Positions 61,275 to 64,000 of a DNA stretch of 64,000 bases are shown piece by piece. The DNA is from Prorocentrum cordatum. Lineage: Eukaryota. The notes below the pieces were generated by a model. That model had not been told where the DNA came from. It worked only from the letters and a program-made list of their open reading frames with translations, and did not search any database. Each line of letters starts with the position of its first letter. Position 1 is the stretch's first letter. Location: assembly GCA_963575745.1 (NCBI GenBank), contig CAUYUJ010000237.1:186001-250000 (forward strand), read 5' to 3'. The position numbers were made by a program, and so were the translations under genes.

Positions 61275-62080
61275 AGGAGGAGGATGAGGCGGAGTGAGGA
61301 GGATGAGGAGGAGGGTAGAGGAAGACGGGGCAGGAGGAGGAGAAACGATGATGATGACGGCGACGAGGACGATGATGTTGCCGACGATGATGATGGCGAA
61401 GACGATTATGTCGATCACTCTGGTGAGGATGATTACGGTGCTGACGACGAAAGTGATTAGTTTGATGACGATGGCGGTGATGATTAGGATCTCGTTGCGA
61501 TGGCGATGGTGACGATGTTGGTTGTGATGCTGAAATCGGTGAACATGTTTATAATGGTGGTGGTGGTGGTGGTGGTGGAGATGAGGATGACGGTGAGGCG
61601 GGTGTTCAAGATGTTGATGGCGACGATGTTGATTTTGTTGATGGTGATGATGAGAATGTTGATACTGCGTAGCACGAGGACATAGATGATAATGATGATG
61701 TTACTGATGATGATGGTGATGATGGTGATGGTGATTATGGTGATGGTGATGATGATGAGGAGGAGGAGTACGAGGATGATGATGATGATGAAGATACTGA
61801 GGATGACGAAGATGATGAGGATGATGATGAGGAGGAGAAGAATGAGGAGGAGGAGGATAAGGATGATGAGGATGAGGATGTTGAAGGGGATGGGGATGAG
61901 GATGAGGGTGAGGATGAGGAGGGCAGGAGGGCAGGAGCGAAAAGAAGAAGCAGGAAGTGGAGGAGCAAGGGTTCGGACACGAAAACGTATAGGTAGAGGC
62001 GGAGGATGGAGGAGGAGGAGGAGGAGGAGGAGGAGGAGGAGGAGGCCGAGGTCCAAGACAAGGAGAAGGAGGAGGAGAAT
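61275..62080. repeat. Imperfect (GAT)n/(GGA)n tract
   Basis: Directly visible. Confidence 0.9.
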
Positions 62081-63059
62081 TGAGGCCACGGCGGCGGCAA
62101 ATGTTGCGGTGTCCGTGCAGGTGGTGATGGAGTATCAGTGGTGGCGGCGATGGTGGAGGCGATATCGTTGGCCTTGCATCCCACCGCCTTCTTTATCCGC
62201 ATGCCATGTAGATGATTAGGTGAAGGCATCCGTACGCAATGTGTTTTTACTGTACGCTTCTGGAGACAACGGCGAAATTCGGGGTTGTCGGCCATGGTGG
62301 ACGCGGTGCGCGTGGTTTGTGTTCCCTGGCTGATGCTATGCATCGTTGCATTGCTGCTGGCATAGTTGCCGTGGTGTCGTTGATTATGTTGTAGCATGGT
62401 GTGGTGGGTGGGTGTCGCTTGTGTGGCGATGTGTTTGCCAAGTGGTTGCCGTTCCCTTGTTGTGGTGTTGCTGGTGCTGGTGTTTCCCCTTGCTTCTACC
62501 CTTGGCTTGGCGTGTCTGTGCATAGCTGAGCATGGTGTGGGTCGAGTGTCTTCGGTGGTTGCTGCGCAGTGTGGTGTTGGTCGAGAAGGTGTTTAGCAGT
62601 GTGAAGTTGTTGCTGAGTCTGTGTGTCTAATCGGGTGCGCGCTGATGCCACCCGTGATAGTGCACGTGCCATTGCCCGCATGTCCCGCCCACGGCGTTGC
62701 CAAGCAGGGTTTGAAGTCGACGAAGGCGTTGTGTTACCATATGTAAGGATGTTGCAGTGTGGGTTCTGAGTGAGATGGCTTGGCCAACATGGCCGTGCAA
62801 GTGGTGCTAGCCGCTGTGGGCGTACGGTGTAGGTGTCGAGGCCGTGGTAGTGTTTGGCCAAGTTGGCTGTGCGAGTGGTGCTGCGTAGTAACGCGAGGAC
62901 GAGAACGAACTGACACGAGTGTAGGAGTGAAGGATAGGAACTGTGATGTCAAAGTGTGGGATGAACGGACGTAGCAGATGAAGGATTGGAAGATCAAGTG
63001 CGTTCGCGGCTGGCTCCCTGCGGGCTGGCGGGCTGCCACGGTCCTCGGTCAACCGTGGC

Positions 63060-63572
63060 TTCCTCCTCCTCCTCCTCCTCCTCCTCCTCCTCCATCTCCT
63101 CCCTCTCCTCCTCCTCCTCCTCCTCCTCCTCCTCCTCCTCCTCCTCCTCCTCCTCCTCGTCCTCGTCCTCTCCTCCTCCTCCTCCTCCTTCGTCCTTCGT
63201 CCTTCTCCTCCTCCCTCTCCTCCTCCTCCTCCCCGTTTTCCTCCTCCTCTTCTTCCTCCTTCTCCTCCTCCGTTTTTTCCTCCTCCTCCTCTCCTCCTCC
63301 TCCTCCTCCTCCTCCTCCTCTCTCCTCCTCCTCCTCTCCTCCTCCTCCTCCTCCTCCCTCCTCCTCCTCCTCCTCCTCCTCCTCCTCCTCCTCCTGGGCA
63401 GCAAAAAGGGAAGGGACAGAGGCGGGCCAGCAGGCAGCAGCAGGGGGAGGGGTGAGTCAGTCCGTGGGCCCCACACAATAATCAATTACACATCCTCCTC
63501 TTCTTTCTCCTCCTCCTCCTCCTCCTCCTCCTCCTCATCCTCCTCATCCTCCTCCTCCTCTTCCTCCTCCTC
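63060..63572. repeat. (CCT)n tracts
   Basis: Directly visible. Confidence 0.95.
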
Positions 63573-63589
63573 CCGGGAGTCACTTGGCA

Positions 63590-64000
63590 CCCTCCTGGGG
63601 CTCCGCTTTGAGCATAGTGGGAGCCTTTGTATGGCTTCGTGGGGCCTATTAGGGAGTTATTGGGGCCCGTTCGGGCTGTCATAGGGCCGTCTCATGCCGT
63701 TCTGGGGCCCTTTTGTGCAGTTTCGGGGTCGTTTTTTACCTGTCTTGGAGATCATGGGGGTTCTGTTGGGGCCCTCTTGGGCCGTCTCGGGATCCTCTCG
63801 GGCAGTCTTGGGACAGTGTTGGAGACCCGTTCTGCCATCTTGCGGCCCTCTTGAGGCTCTCATTAGGGCGTTGTGGGCCATGTTGGAAGCATCTTGGGCC
63901 GCCTTGGGCCTCCAGAAACCCGAAAAGACGAAAACGTGAAAATGTGTCCAACACTTTAGGGACATCTCTGATTTTGCCTTCTGGAGGCCATGTTGGGGGC
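63590..64000 (+). mobile_element. Partial interspersed repeat of tcttgggcc-like units
   Basis: Same texture as 3290-3790, including an A-rich island (gaaaagacgaaaacg). Confidence 0.55.

Overview
Eukaryotic, repeat-saturated genomic DNA. The GC-rich background, short exons with AG|G acceptors and GC donors, dinoflagellate-type PPR motifs and LINE remnants point to a dinoflagellate, possibly Prorocentrum-like (inference). Almost all long ORFs in the supplied track are artefacts of microsatellites, satellites or high GC. Supported content: (1) two PPR exons on + (55.6 and 60.9 kb) and scattered candidate exons of unidentified minus-strand gene(s); (2) two decayed LINEs, one with ORF1, an APE endonuclease and a Cys/His knuckle (10.7-15.2 kb) and one with RNase H (50.2-52.5 kb); (3) a frameshifted PIF1-type helicase C-terminus (21.1-21.5 kb); (4) several satellites (90-92, ~101, ~154, ~52 bp) and kb-scale (AGT/ACT)n tracts, two of which flip strand; (5) MITE-like elements. 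The most notable result is that both 90-92-bp satellite arrays sit inside the same pair of conserved termini: a 5' hairpin, an asymmetric subterminal inverted repeat and a T-rich end with no target duplication. One copy splits another repeat whose uninterrupted version is also in the window. This looks like a non-autonomous Helentron/Helitron2-like element that carries satellite DNA, accompanied by related hairpin-ended elements. No rRNA, tRNA, CRISPR or prokaryotic operon was found.
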